DNA of 64,000 bases, taken from NCBI GenBank assembly GCA_963826785.1, contig CAWGYD010000001.1:672001-736000 (forward strand), given 5' to 3'. Positions 1 to 9,836 of the stretch are shown here, piece by piece. Source of the DNA: an uncultured delta proteobacterium (GTDB lineage: Bacteria > Desulfobacterota > Desulfobacteria > Desulfobacterales > Desulfosalsimonadaceae). The notes under the pieces are model-generated. The model was not told the origin of the DNA, did not search any database, and saw nothing but the letters and a program-made list of their open reading frames with translations. Each line of letters starts with the position of its first letter. Within the stretch, counting starts at the first letter, position 1. A program made the translations under genes and the position numbers.

Positions 1-738
1 CTGCGGGGAGCCAAGCTGGTCGCAGATGACCTGGGGGTGCTTTTCCAGATCCACACCGCTGAAACCCGGCAGGAGACGGAAGCATGCATGGCCGCCCACG
101 GCATGTCACCGGTAAAGTACCTGCACTCGCTGAAAATTTTGGACCATCGGACCCTGCTGGTGCATGCGGTGTGGATCGATGAAGCGGACATGGACATTCT
201 GGCCGGCCAGGGGGTGCGGGTCGCCCACTGCCCCGAGAGCAACATGAAGCTGGGTTCCGGAGTGAGCCCGGTTCCCGAAATGCTCAAGCACGGCATCACC
301 GTGGGGCTGGGGACCGACGGATGTGCCAGCAACAACAACCTCGACCTGTTTTCGGAAATGGACTGCGCGGCAAAGCTGCACAAGGCCGCGACCCATGACC
401 CCACGGTCATGGATGCAAAAACCGTCATCGAGATGGCCACCATCGGCGGTGCGCGGGCCATTGGCCTTTCCGACCGGATCGGTTCCATCGAGGTGGGGAA
501 AGAGGCGGACCTGATTGTCATCGACCTGAACCGGCCCCATCTCACCCCGCTCTATCACCCGGAATCGCACCTGGTCTACACCGCCTCCGGCGCCGATGTC
601 AGAGACGTGCTGGTGGCCGGGGAGGTGCGGGTCAGGGATTTTGAACTGGTGGGGCAGGATGTGAAAACAATCATTGCGGATGCCGTATCGGCGGGGAAGG
701 ACATATGGAAGACCGATACTCACAAAAGCCGAATCTGA
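1..738 (+). CDS. mtaD: Amidohydrolase family protein, MTA/SAH deaminase-like (5' end lies outside the window)
   Basis: Frame is open from base 1 (LRGAKLVADDLGVLFQIHTAE). Metal-site motifs HxAE, VHAVW, HCPESNMKLGSG, GLGTDG-CASNN and GSIEVGKEADL are present. Confidence 0.8.
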   Translation: MRGAKLVADDLGVLFQIHTAETRQETEACMAAHGMSPVKYLHSLKILDHRTLLVHAVWIDEADMDILAGQGVRVAHCPESNMKLGSGVSPVPEMLKHGITVGLGTDGCASNNNLDLFSEMDCAAKLHKAATHDPTVMDAKTVIEMATIGGARAIGLSDRIGSIEVGKEADLIVIDLNRPHLTPLYHPESHLVYTASGADVRDVLVAGEVRVRDFELVGQDVKTIIADAVSAGKDIWKTDTHKSRI

Positions 739-2447
739 TCACCGATCCCGAGTTGATCCGGGTGGCCGCGGGAGAAATCCCGGCCGATCTGGTGATCCGG
801 AACGCAAACATCATCAATGTTTTTTCGGCAGAGATTCTTTTCGGCCATATTGCCGTGGCCGGCGGCCGGATCGCGGGGGTGGGGGATTACGAAGCCGAAA
901 CCGTCATAGACGTCAAGGGGCGGTATGTCTCCCCCGGGTTTATCGACGCCCATGTGCATATTGAAAGCGCCATGACGTCGGTGGCCCGGTTTGCCGCCGC
1001 GGTGCTTCCCCGCGGCACCACCACGGTGGTGGCCGATCCCCACGAGATCGCAAACGTTCTGGGCACTGCCGGAATCGATTACATGCTGGCCGCAGCTGAA
1101 AAACTGCCCATGCAGATTTACTACATGCTCCCCTCCTGCGTGCCGGCAACGGACATGGAGACTTCCGGGGCCCGCCTGGATGCAGCTGACCTGAATCCTT
1201 ATATGGAGCATGACCGGGTGGCCGGACTGGGTGAAATGATGAATTTTCCCGGGGTGATCGCCGCAGACGGTGAAATCCTTCAAAAGATCGATACCGCCGC
1301 CACCCGGTTCAAGCGGGTGGACGGCCATGCGCCGGGGCTTTCCGGCAAATCCCTGAATGCCTATATTTCCGCGGGCATTTCAAGCGATCACGAATCCGTT
1401 TCCCCAAATGAGGCCCTGGAAAAGCTGCGTGCCGGGATGCATGTCATGATCCGCGAGGGAACAGGGGCCAAAAATTTAAAAGACCTGCTTTTTGCCATCA
1501 ACGAGAAAAACGCACACCGATTCATGTGGTGCACGGACGACCGGCATCCGCACGATATCTGCGGGCAGGGGCATATCGACCACATGATCCGCCGGGCCAT
1601 CGGCTACGGACTCGATCCGGTTACGGCCATCCGGATGGGGACCATCAACCCCGCGCGATATTTCGGGATCCGCACCGCAGGGGCTATCGCCCCGGGCCGC
1701 CGGGCCGACCTGGTGGTCTTTTCGGACCTGCAGGCGCCTATAATCGAGCAGGTGTTTTCCGGCGGCCGCCGGGTGGCCGAAAGCGGCCGGATGCGGCCGG
1801 AAATCAGCTTTTCCCCGGCGCCGGACCCGGCGTCCACCATAAACGTTGATCCTGCCAGTCTGCAATTTGAAATACCGGCAGGGGGAAATCAAATCCGGGT
1901 GATTGAACTGGTGCCCGGGCAGATTCTCACCCGCCAGCAGGTCATGGCGGCCCGGATCGAATCGGGACAGGCGGTGGCGGATGTCGGGCGGGATCTTGTC
2001 AAGCTGGCGGTGGTGGAGCGCCACAGGGGAAGCGGCGGGGTGGGCATCGGGTTTGTTCGCGGGTTCGGTTTCAAAGGCGGGGCCATCGCCTCCAGCGTGG
2101 CCCATGATTCCCACAACATCATCGCAGCTGGAACCAGCGATGCGGACATGAAAGCCGCCGTTCAGGCGGTGATCGAAATGAAGGGCGGGCTTGCCGCCGT
2201 CCGGGAGGGCCGGATACTGGCTGATCTGCCGCTGCCCATTGCCGGTCTCATGTCCGATCAGCCCATGGATGCGGTGCGAAACCGGATGGATGGTCTGATC
2301 TGCGCGGCCCGGGAAATGGGGTCTGCCATCCCCGACCCCTTCATGGCCCTGTCCTTTCTGGCCCTGCCGGTCATCCCGGAACTGCGCCTGACCGACCGGG
2401 GGCTGTTCGACGTCACCCGCTTTGCCCACGTGCCGCTGTTTGTCTGA
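705..2447 (+). CDS. ade: Adenine deaminase
   Basis: Motifs PGFIDAHVHIES, DPHEIANV, LGEMMNFPG, DGHAP, WCTDD, SSVAHDSHN and FLALPVIPEL. Purine-rich RBS before the ATG; overlaps the upstream deaminase by 34 nt. Confidence 0.93.
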   Translation: MEDRYSQKPNLITDPELIRVAAGEIPADLVIRNANIINVFSAEILFGHIAVAGGRIAGVGDYEAETVIDVKGRYVSPGFIDAHVHIESAMTSVARFAAAVLPRGTTTVVADPHEIANVLGTAGIDYMLAAAEKLPMQIYYMLPSCVPATDMETSGARLDAADLNPYMEHDRVAGLGEMMNFPGVIAADGEILQKIDTAATRFKRVDGHAPGLSGKSLNAYISAGISSDHESVSPNEALEKLRAGMHVMIREGTGAKNLKDLLFAINEKNAHRFMWCTDDRHPHDICGQGHIDHMIRRAIGYGLDPVTAIRMGTINPARYFGIRTAGAIAPGRRADLVVFSDLQAPIIEQVFSGGRRVAESGRMRPEISFSPAPDPASTINVDPASLQFEIPAGGNQIRVIELVPGQILTRQQVMAARIESGQAVADVGRDLVKLAVVERHRGSGGVGIGFVRGFGFKGGAIASSVAHDSHNIIAAGTSDADMKAAVQAVIEMKGGLAAVREGRILADLPLPIAGLMSDQPMDAVRNRMDGLICAAREMGSAIPDPFMALSFLALPVIPELRLTDRGLFDVTRFAHVPLFV

Positions 2448-2472
2448 TGAGGGCCGGGCGCAACATGCGGGT

Positions 2473-3318
2473 CTACTGAACCGCCCAGTTTTCCTGGGGA
2501 ATCCTGCGGGCGGTGCCGCGGACCGGGACATTTTTGATGGCCGGCATATCCGGGTAGCTGTTGAGGTAGTGAAGGGATATCCGGTTGAATTCACGGTGCT
2601 GTTCGATATTGCACACGTGGCCGCACCGCTGGATGATGTGGATGGATGAGGCCTGGTCCCGCAGGTAATTTTCGATGACAAAGGGGAGGAACAGGTGGTC
2701 CTCCTCGCCGGAAATGTAGAGTTTGGGGATATCCAGCGCCATGCGCAGGGGAAAGGAGGCGTAGAAGGCCTCAAGGGTTTCCATCAGCTTGAACCATTTC
2801 TTGAATTCCTTCCCGCCCAGCTTTTTCGCCTCCCGGATGAACACCCGGCGGGAGGTGGAATGGTTTCTCCTGGGCATCATGATCCAGGCAAAAAGCCGAT
2901 AGAGCCACATGTAGGGAAGCAGATGCTTCAGCAGCGCTCCTGAACGCAGGAGAAAACGGGATTTCAAATCATACCCCATTACCGCGCCGCCAAGGACCAT
3001 CGATTTGATCCGCTCGGGGGCGATCCGGCTGACGGCATCGATCACGATGGAGCCCAGGGAGATGCCCACAAAGTGTGCCGATTCGATACCCTCCCGATCC
3101 AGGGCCTCGACGACCTTGCCGGCCATGTCTTCGAATGAATATTTCCGGGGTCCGCGCCGGGTGTTTCCGTGACCGTACATGTCGATAAACATCAGGTTGA
3201 AATGCGATTTATAGGCCTCGACCTGTTTGTACCAGATTCCGGAATTGCCCCCCAACCCGTGGATGAAAATCGCCCAGTCCTTATCATCGCCGCATATGTG
3301 GGTTTCATAAGCAAACAT
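2473..3318 (-). CDS. Alpha/beta fold hydrolase
   Basis: FIHGLGG oxyanion motif, GISLG nucleophile elbow, GEED acid and GHVCN histidine. AGGGAG RBS. Confidence 0.88.
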   Translation of the reverse strand: MFAYETHICGDDKDWAIFIHGLGGNSGIWYKQVEAYKSHFNLMFIDMYGHGNTRRGPRKYSFEDMAGKVVEALDREGIESAHFVGISLGSIVIDAVSRIAPERIKSMVLGGAVMGYDLKSRFLLRSGALLKHLLPYMWLYRLFAWIMMPRRNHSTSRRVFIREAKKLGGKEFKKWFKLMETLEAFYASFPLRMALDIPKLYISGEEDHLFLPFVIENYLRDQASSIHIIQRCGHVCNIEQHREFNRISLHYLNSYPDMPAIKNVPVRGTARRIPQENWAVQ

Positions 3319-3547
3319 TTTAATCTCCCTGCTGTTGATATTCTATCCGGCCGCCATTTTTTGCTGAACCTTTGACTTTGATATTCACCATTTCATAATT
3401 TTCAGCACCTGTCATTCTAGACGATTGGCAGCCTATTATCAGGTAAAATCTAGTACTGAACCTGTATCGCCAATAATGGCGGGCCGGAAGAATCGATCCT
3501 GCCCCGGCGGCGAAAAAGGGGCCCTGTGCGACTGATTTTCATTGCAG

Positions 3548-3576
3548 TTGACACCGCAATGGAAGTCTTTTACCGT
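3548..3576 (+). promoter_or_regulatory. Candidate sigma70 promoter for dinB (TTGACA-N17-TACCGT), with a flanking inverted repeat
   Basis: Perfect -35 hexamer at 3548-3553 and a TAnnnT -10 at 3571-3576. CATTGC-N10-GCAATG (3540-3561) brackets the -35. Confidence 0.45.
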
Positions 3577-3700
3577 TAAAACCATGATTTTCATGCAAGA
3601 AACCGCGGCTCTCCGGCTGCCCAGGGGAAAAGAAGTCTTTTTTTCGCTTGGCATTGCGTAAGAACCCATACCGATCTGCTCCTGCTCTGAACAGGAAAGA

Positions 3701-4942
3701 GTGGATTGTTTCACAGGAGGAAGCGTTGATAATGATCAGGGTGCGCTTTTGATTCTTCATGTGGACATGGACGCGTTTTTCGCCTCTGTGGAAGTGCTGG
3801 ATAATCCTGCGCTCAAGGGAAAATGCGTCATCGTGGGGGGCACCTCCGGCCGGGGGGTGGTGAGTGCAGCCAGCTACGAAGCCCGTGTCTTCGGCGTGCA
3901 CTCCGCCATGCCCATGTACCTGGCCCGGCAGAAATGTCCCCACGGCATTTTTCTGCGGCCCCGGGGGCGCCGGTACAGCGAAATATCCAAGCGCATCATG
4001 GCCGTACTGGACTCTTTTTCCCCGCTGGTACAGCAGGTCTCCGTCGATGAGGCCTATGTGGATATTTCAGGCCTGAAAAGCCTCTATGGGACGCCTCTGG
4101 AAATCGGGGGTTCCATCAAGCAGGCCGTGCACGGCAGAACCGGCCTGACCTGCTCCGTGGGCATCGCCCCGGTCAAATTTCTGGCCAAGATCGCCTCGGA
4201 CCTGGAAAAGCCCGATGGCCTGACCTGCATTATGCCCGAAGACATGCCGTCCTTTTTAGACACCCTGCCGGTGTCCAAAATTCCGGGTGTCGGCGCCCGG
4301 ACGGAGCAGCAGCTGCGAAAACTGGGCATCGTCACCCTGGCTGACGTGAAGCGATGCTCTGAAGCCGAGCTGGTGCGCTGCCTGGGCAAATTCGGGCACC
4401 GCCTTCGTGAACTGGCCCATGGCGTGGATCATTGCCAGGTGCGCCCGGAACGGACGATAAAATCGGTGAGCAGCGAGGAAACCCTTGCAAACGATACCCG
4501 GGACAAGGCCCTGCTCAAAACATACCTGCTCAAGCAGTCGGAAGAGGTGGGACGGGACCTGCGGCGCCATCACACGAAGGCCAAAACCGTGGTGCTCAAA
4601 TTGAAGCATGCGGATTTTCGACAGGTGACGCGCCAGGCCCCCCTTGGCCGGTATACCGCGGCCTCTGAAATCCTGTATGCCGAAGCCGCCCGGCTGCTCG
4701 ATGAATATCCGTTGTCCATGCCCGTGCGGCTGATCGGTCTTGGGGCGGCCGACCTGAATGCGGGCGACCGTCCGGTGCAGCAGGATCTCTTCCCGGCAGG
4801 CGCTTCCGGGCCCCCGGCCACCGGCAAATGGGAAGCCCTCGGGGATGCAGTGGACCGCATCTGCGAAAAATTCGGCGGTTATGCCATTAAAAAGGCCGGT
4901 TTATGTGATCATGAGAAAAAAACAGATCAGAAACCCAGGTAA
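3701..4942 (+). CDS. dinB: DNA polymerase IV (Y-family); true start may be the TTG at 3749
   Basis: ILHVDMDAFFASVE, SAASYEAR, SVDEAY, AKIASDLEKPDG and a C-terminal clamp-binding-like QQDLF. Confidence 0.95.
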   Translation: MDCFTGGSVDNDQGALLILHVDMDAFFASVEVLDNPALKGKCVIVGGTSGRGVVSAASYEARVFGVHSAMPMYLARQKCPHGIFLRPRGRRYSEISKRIMAVLDSFSPLVQQVSVDEAYVDISGLKSLYGTPLEIGGSIKQAVHGRTGLTCSVGIAPVKFLAKIASDLEKPDGLTCIMPEDMPSFLDTLPVSKIPGVGARTEQQLRKLGIVTLADVKRCSEAELVRCLGKFGHRLRELAHGVDHCQVRPERTIKSVSSEETLANDTRDKALLKTYLLKQSEEVGRDLRRHHTKAKTVVLKLKHADFRQVTRQAPLGRYTAASEILYAEAARLLDEYPLSMPVRLIGLGAADLNAGDRPVQQDLFPAGASGPPATGKWEALGDAVDRICEKFGGYAIKKAGLCDHEKKTDQKPR

Positions 4943-5811
4943 AAGGCGAACCCGTAGGAAGTCAGGTCGTATGTGAAAAACTGGCCATAGGGGTAAAATC
5001 CGTCGTAATATTCCAGCATGAATTTCAGGCATCGGCTGGTCTGAAACAGGTTGGCCCATTCAAGCCCGGTTTTCACGCTCACGCCCGCCTCCCAGTCCAG
5101 CGCCTCGTATCCCTTAACATCGGCCCCGAAGATATAATGGGCCGCAAGCACCACCGGCTTGCCGGTGCGAAATTCCAGTCCGGTCTGATACCCCCAGCGA
5201 TCCATGTCCGGATCACTTCGCAGGAGAAAATGCGGCCCGGCGTAAAAGCGGAATCCATCCCAGGTGACCGCCCCCAGCCAATCGGCGGCCTCATAGTTGA
5301 AATCAAATTCCTGAGACAGCATATCCGGGTGATTCACCAGGTACTCGTCGCCGACGTGAGAACTCTGGTGATACATCCTGAACCGGGTGGAAAAGGATTT
5401 ATACTGGTAGGTCAATGTGCCCCCGACGGCAAAATCGGTGTTGACCAGTTCGTCGGACGGTGCATCCAGGTTGAACTGTGAAAAAATTCCGCCCTTGAGG
5501 TTCAGCTGCCAGGCGTGGTCCGCCTCCCCCAGGTACTGGCGGATGATCCCGAAGGTTTCCCCCACGCCGACGCTTCCGGCCGTGAACGTATCGGTATACG
5601 TGGCGTCAAACTGCTGCAGCCCGAAAAAAAACTGGGGTTCCTTGGGATCTGCGACCAGGGGTTGAAACACGTTGCCGCCGGGAAAGATGATCCGGTCGAT
5701 GCCGGTCCCCGGATCTGCGCCGGATGCACGCGAGGCGATGAAGAACAGGAGAGAGATGGAAGCCAGAATTATCGGAAGAGCGCCTTTATGCGGGCGGAAA
5801 TCAGGTTTCAT
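4927..5811 (-). CDS. DUF1207-family secreted or outer-membrane protein
   Basis: Signal peptide; FQPLVADPKEP, GGIFSQFNLDAPSDELVNTDF and HQSSHVGDE motifs; C-terminal aromatic beta-signal (FYLGF). Start taken at ATG 5811. Confidence 0.75.
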   Translation of the reverse strand: MKPDFRPHKGALPIILASISLLFFIASRASGADPGTGIDRIIFPGGNVFQPLVADPKEPQFFFGLQQFDATYTDTFTAGSVGVGETFGIIRQYLGEADHAWQLNLKGGIFSQFNLDAPSDELVNTDFAVGGTLTYQYKSFSTRFRMYHQSSHVGDEYLVNHPDMLSQEFDFNYEAADWLGAVTWDGFRFYAGPHFLLRSDPDMDRWGYQTGLEFRTGKPVVLAAHYIFGADVKGYEALDWEAGVSVKTGLEWANLFQTSRCLKFMLEYYDGFYPYGQFFTYDLTSYGFAFYLGF

Positions 5812-5989
5812 TCGCGCATGCCTCTCATTGCTGTAGAATTTCAACAGGATTAAGGCGAATTCCATCCGTAAAATGGTGAAATTCACATAAATCAGAATGC
5901 GTTAATGATAACCACCAATTATTCCGGCGGCAATTGGCAGAAAGAAATAGGTCGGGATTACAGGGAATTGGGCAGAGGTGTGATCACCA

Positions 5990-7267
5990 TCAGGTGAACC
6001 AGCGGGGGCGGTCCTTGATCCATTCGGAAACCGTGATCTGAAGCCATTCGGCCAGATCCGGGTCGAGATAGAACCGGGGAAGGAGCAGGTTGTCATCGGG
6101 GCGGATCACCCCCTGCTTTTGGGCGATGTCGGCAAGCGCGGTTTGAGGGTAAATGCGGATGCCGGTGCTGATCTTGGTCCCTTCCGTGTTCAGAGAATCG
6201 GCAAAATGAAGGCTTTGCATAACCGTTTCCCGGGTCTCCCCCGGTGCCCCGAACATGAGAAAACCCAGCTGTGCAATGCCGTGGTTTTTAAGCCGCCTGG
6301 AGGTCCGGACCACCTCCTGCGTGTCGAATCGCTTGTTTAAAATTTTTAAAATGGCATCCGACCCGCTTTCATAGCCCAGGCTGACTTCCACGCATCCGGC
6401 CTTTGCCATTTTCCCGGCCAGTTGATCGGGGAGGCGGGCGGGATAGATGATACAGCGCCACCTGATGTCGAGCCTGGCGGCAATGATCCGGTCGCACAGC
6501 GCTTCCGCATAGGCGGGCGGGAAATTAAACGTGTTGTCCACAAAAAAGAACCGATCAAACCCGGCGTCCACAAACCGGGCCAGGGCGGATATGACCTCAT
6601 CGATGGAAAATTTGCGGATGAGGCGGCCCTCGATGGAACCGGTGGAGCAGTACAGGCAATCCATGGGGCAACCCCGCCGGGTCTGGATGGGGAGCCAGAG
6701 CTCTTTTTTATCGATGCCGGGGGGCATCTGAAGATGGGTTCCGGGATGAGGCAGAATCAGCAGGGATGAATCCCGGGTGTAGCGGGGCGGGGCCGCCTTT
6801 TTCCCCGGAAGGTGCAGACCGGGAAAGCCCGACAGGTCCTTGTTTTCATGAATCCGCAGGGCCAGTTCCGGGAATGCGGATTCGCCTTCTCCCCGGATGC
6901 CCATGTCGGCCCCGGTATAGGCCAGCACCGCCTCCGGAAAGATGCTGTACCCGGCGCCCCCCAGCACAATGGGGGCAGGGCACAGGCTGCGGCAGATTTT
7001 GATGGTTTCTTTGACCGGGTCGAGCATGAACCGGGTGCTGCGCATGGCCTGGTCATCGATGTTCCTGACGGAAATGCCGATGACATCGGGCGCCATTTCC
7101 GTTACGGCTTTTTCAAGCACGGCGCGGGCATCGGACTGCCCCAGCAGGCTGACAACGCGAAAATTCATGCCGGCGCGCTCGACGGCCGCGGCCACGCACG
7201 CCAGCCCCAGCGGAAGGACCGGCATGTTGACGGTTTCGGTATTGGCGGAGATTAGCAGTATGTTCAT
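5990..7267 (-). CDS. B12-binding domain / radical SAM protein
   Basis: N-terminal cobalamin-binding fold (PLGLACVAA, GISVRNID, VLGGAG, GEGE) followed by the radical SAM motif RGCPMDCLYC. Start taken at MNILLIS (7267). Confidence 0.9.
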   Translation of the reverse strand: MNILLISANTETVNMPVLPLGLACVAAAVERAGMNFRVVSLLGQSDARAVLEKAVTEMAPDVIGISVRNIDDQAMRSTRFMLDPVKETIKICRSLCPAPIVLGGAGYSIFPEAVLAYTGADMGIRGEGESAFPELALRIHENKDLSGFPGLHLPGKKAAPPRYTRDSSLLILPHPGTHLQMPPGIDKKELWLPIQTRRGCPMDCLYCSTGSIEGRLIRKFSIDEVISALARFVDAGFDRFFFVDNTFNFPPAYAEALCDRIIAARLDIRWRCIIYPARLPDQLAGKMAKAGCVEVSLGYESGSDAILKILNKRFDTQEVVRTSRRLKNHGIAQLGFLMFGAPGETRETVMQSLHFADSLNTEGTKISTGIRIYPQTALADIAQKQGVIRPDDNLLLPRFYLDPDLAEWLQITVSEWIKDRPRWFT

Positions 7268-7381
7268 CGATTCATCTTTTTTGCAGCATTCATCACCGGT
7301 AAAAACGGACTTGCGCCGGAAGATTTTACAATTGCCACAACAAAAATCTTTTCGCAAAAATGCCGTTTGGGAGCTGAATAC

Positions 7382-7630
7382 TCACTTGGGGCCGGGTATA
7401 TCATACGTGGTGCACGAACCGCCGGAACAGGCGCGGGTGGTCGATTGAACACCGGAGGCCTTGGCGCCGCCGCCCCCGCCGGTTACGGCGAAGTTGCTGG
7501 CGCTGATGATCCGCTCCAGGGTATCGGCGCCGCAGGCTTCGCATTTCATTTGAACCTGATCCGAACTGCTTCGAAACAGGATCTCAACTTTTTGTCCGCA
7601 CTTGAGGCATTTGAATTCATATATGGGCAT
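7382..7630 (-). CDS. FmdB-family zinc ribbon protein
   Basis: MPIYEFKCLKCG...CEACG and a Cys-containing tail CSGGSC. GGAG RBS. Confidence 0.88.
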   Translation of the reverse strand: MPIYEFKCLKCGQKVEILFRSSSDQVQMKCEACGADTLERIISASNFAVTGGGGGAKASGVQSTTRACSGGSCTTYDIPGPK

Positions 7631-7706
7631 GTTCAACTCTCCGGAAAATGATGTTGTATTTCAGGAATCGGCAGAATAAGGTTTTGCCTGCGGAAATCAT
7701 GGGCTT

Positions 7707-7734
7707 ATTATGATGATTGCAGGCCTTTTGTCAA
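7707..7734 (-). promoter_or_regulatory. Candidate sigma70 promoter (TTGACA-N16-CATAAT) for the FmdB / radical SAM unit
   Basis: On the minus strand, TTGACA at 7734-7729 and CATAAT at 7712-7707, about 80 nt upstream of the FmdB ATG. Confidence 0.5.
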
Positions 7735-7808
7735 GCCTGTGCATGAATATCGCTTCAGATTTTCGATTGTTTTTCCATCTCAAAAATACCAGAAAGGCCA
7801 ATTCCCTG

Positions 7809-8678
7809 TTGAACTGGTTTACCCTCTCCCTGCTGACCGCCCTTGCCGTTGCTTCCCAGGATGCCTGGGTCAAGCGCTGGTTTTCCAACTTGGCCGCCCA
7901 CGAGATGTTTTTATATCCGCTGATTTACAGCTTTCCCCTGTGCCTGGCCAGCCTGCTGTTCGTCCGGGTGCCGCCGCTGGACTATGTGTTTGCCCTCAGT
8001 TTCGCGGCCAGCCTGCCGCTCAATGCCGTGCCGTTTATCCTGTACATGAAGGCCATCAAGGAATCGCCCCTTTCGCTCACCGTGCCTTATCTTGCGTTCA
8101 CCCCGGTATTCATGATCCCCACCGGGTACCTGTTTTTAAACGAACTCCCGGATTTCTGGGGGATGGTGGGGATCGGGTCGGTGTGCGCGGGAAGCTATGT
8201 CATCCATGTCGATTTGCGTCATTTTTCCCTGCTGGCCCCTTTTTCCGCGGTATTCAAGGAAACGGGTTCCTGGATCATGCTCATCGTCGCCTTCATTTTC
8301 GCCTTTTCCGCGGTCCTGGGCAAACTGGCCATCCTCCATTCGTCAGTGCTGTTTTTCCAGATGTCGTTTTTTTGCGTGCTGACTGTTCTGCTGACCCTGA
8401 TGTATGCGGCCGCCGGAAAAATCCGGTTGAAAACGTTTATTCAAAATCCGCTCAAAGGCGCGGTGGCCGGCCTCCTGTTCTACGGACAGGTCCTGTTTCA
8501 CGGGTTTGCCATCTCCATGGTCAAGGCCGCCTACATGATCTCCATCAAGCGCCTCTCCATCCTCTTTGGCGTGATCTACGGCGGTATTTTTTTCAAAGAG
8601 GAAAATATCGTGGTGCGGTTCGCCGGCGCCCTGCTGATGTTTGCCGGCGCGGTGCTGATCCTGCTGCGCGCCCGATAA
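7809..8678 (+). CDS. DMT/EamA family transporter (start uncertain, 7710-7809)
   Basis: About 10 hydrophobic segments; KAIKESPLSLTVPYLAFTPVF and AYMISIKRLSILFGVIYG EamA-type motifs. Confidence 0.85.
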   Translation: MNWFTLSLLTALAVASQDAWVKRWFSNLAAHEMFLYPLIYSFPLCLASLLFVRVPPLDYVFALSFAASLPLNAVPFILYMKAIKESPLSLTVPYLAFTPVFMIPTGYLFLNELPDFWGMVGIGSVCAGSYVIHVDLRHFSLLAPFSAVFKETGSWIMLIVAFIFAFSAVLGKLAILHSSVLFFQMSFFCVLTVLLTLMYAAAGKIRLKTFIQNPLKGAVAGLLFYGQVLFHGFAISMVKAAYMISIKRLSILFGVIYGGIFFKEENIVVRFAGALLMFAGAVLILLRAR

Positions 8679-8884
8679 TTAGCAATTAGGGACGCCCTTT
8701 ATATTTTACATTTTGCCCTTGAGATCACGCATCATGGATGTTGACGGACAAGATGCTTTTTGAGATATATTACGGCATGAAAAGAAATGCCTGCCTCATT
8801 CGTTCTTTCCTTTATTCCTCATAAACAATCGAATCGGCCCCGTTCCCGTGAGGGGAAAAACCCGCGGGAAGGAAATGGAGACAC

Positions 8885-9739
8885 ATGAAAGAAAGAAACC
8901 TCATGAAGATTGGGACCCTTCTCTGGGTAAGTTTGATGATCCTGTTTGCGGCGGGCGGCCCCGTGTCGGCGCAATCCGATGCAACCAGTTGTGAGGACCA
9001 CCCCCTGTTCCCCACACGAATGCCGGAATACCGCATCGAAAGCTGCAAGGTCGAGCCGTTCGGGATCTATGAATTTTACAAATTGAAGGGGCCAAGAACG
9101 CCGGTGGAGGGCCGGTTTACCTTCATCACCTATGCGTTCACCGGGCAAAAGGGGACCGAGCCCAGCGCCGTCGCGGTTGTCCGCAATTACGAGAACGCCA
9201 TCCGGAAGGTGGGGGGGCAGGTTGTGGAAAGCCAGCCCACGTGGTGGGTGGTCGGAAAGATCGTTCAGGACGGGAAGGAAGCCTGGGTCCAGGCGGAAAA
9301 AGGAAACGGCAAGATCTGGCTGAGGATCGTGGAAAAACAGGCGATGGAGCAGTTCATCGAAGCCGACGCGGCAGCTTTTGCCAAAGACATCCATTCAACG
9401 GGCCACGCCGCCGTCTATGGCATCCTTTTTGATACCGGGAAAGCCGACATTAAGCCGGAGTCGGCGGGCGCCATCGAGGAAATCGCCAAACTCCTGAAGA
9501 ATGATGCCGGACTGAAGCTCCACGTAGTGGGGCATACGGACAATACAGGGACCCCGGAAGGAAATATGAAACTCTCCATGGACCGGGCACAGTCGGTTGT
9601 GCAGGCCCTGACGGGCGCACAGGGCATCGCCGCCTCACGCCTCAGCGCCTTCGGATGCGGGCAATATGCACCGGTGGCCTCAAACGACACGGACGAGGGC
9701 CGCGCCAAGAATCGCAGGGTGGAACTGGTCAAACGATAA
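8885..9739 (+). CDS. OmpA-family peptidoglycan-binding protein with a secreted N-terminal domain
   Basis: Signal peptide; C-terminal OmpA domain ILFDTGKA...VVGHTD...NMKLSMDRA...GRAKNRRVELV. GGAG RBS. Confidence 0.9.
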   Translation: MKERNLMKIGTLLWVSLMILFAAGGPVSAQSDATSCEDHPLFPTRMPEYRIESCKVEPFGIYEFYKLKGPRTPVEGRFTFITYAFTGQKGTEPSAVAVVRNYENAIRKVGGQVVESQPTWWVVGKIVQDGKEAWVQAEKGNGKIWLRIVEKQAMEQFIEADAAAFAKDIHSTGHAAVYGILFDTGKADIKPESAGAIEEIAKLLKNDAGLKLHVVGHTDNTGTPEGNMKLSMDRAQSVVQALTGAQGIAASRLSAFGCGQYAPVASNDTDEGRAKNRRVELVKR

Positions 9740-9836
9740 TCAGCGGATACCAGAAGCCGCATCGCTTGCCAATCCTTCAGCCATTACATCGCCAGAAAAG
9801 ATGTTGGATAGATCCAGCTGGCAAATTTTGACGCCG

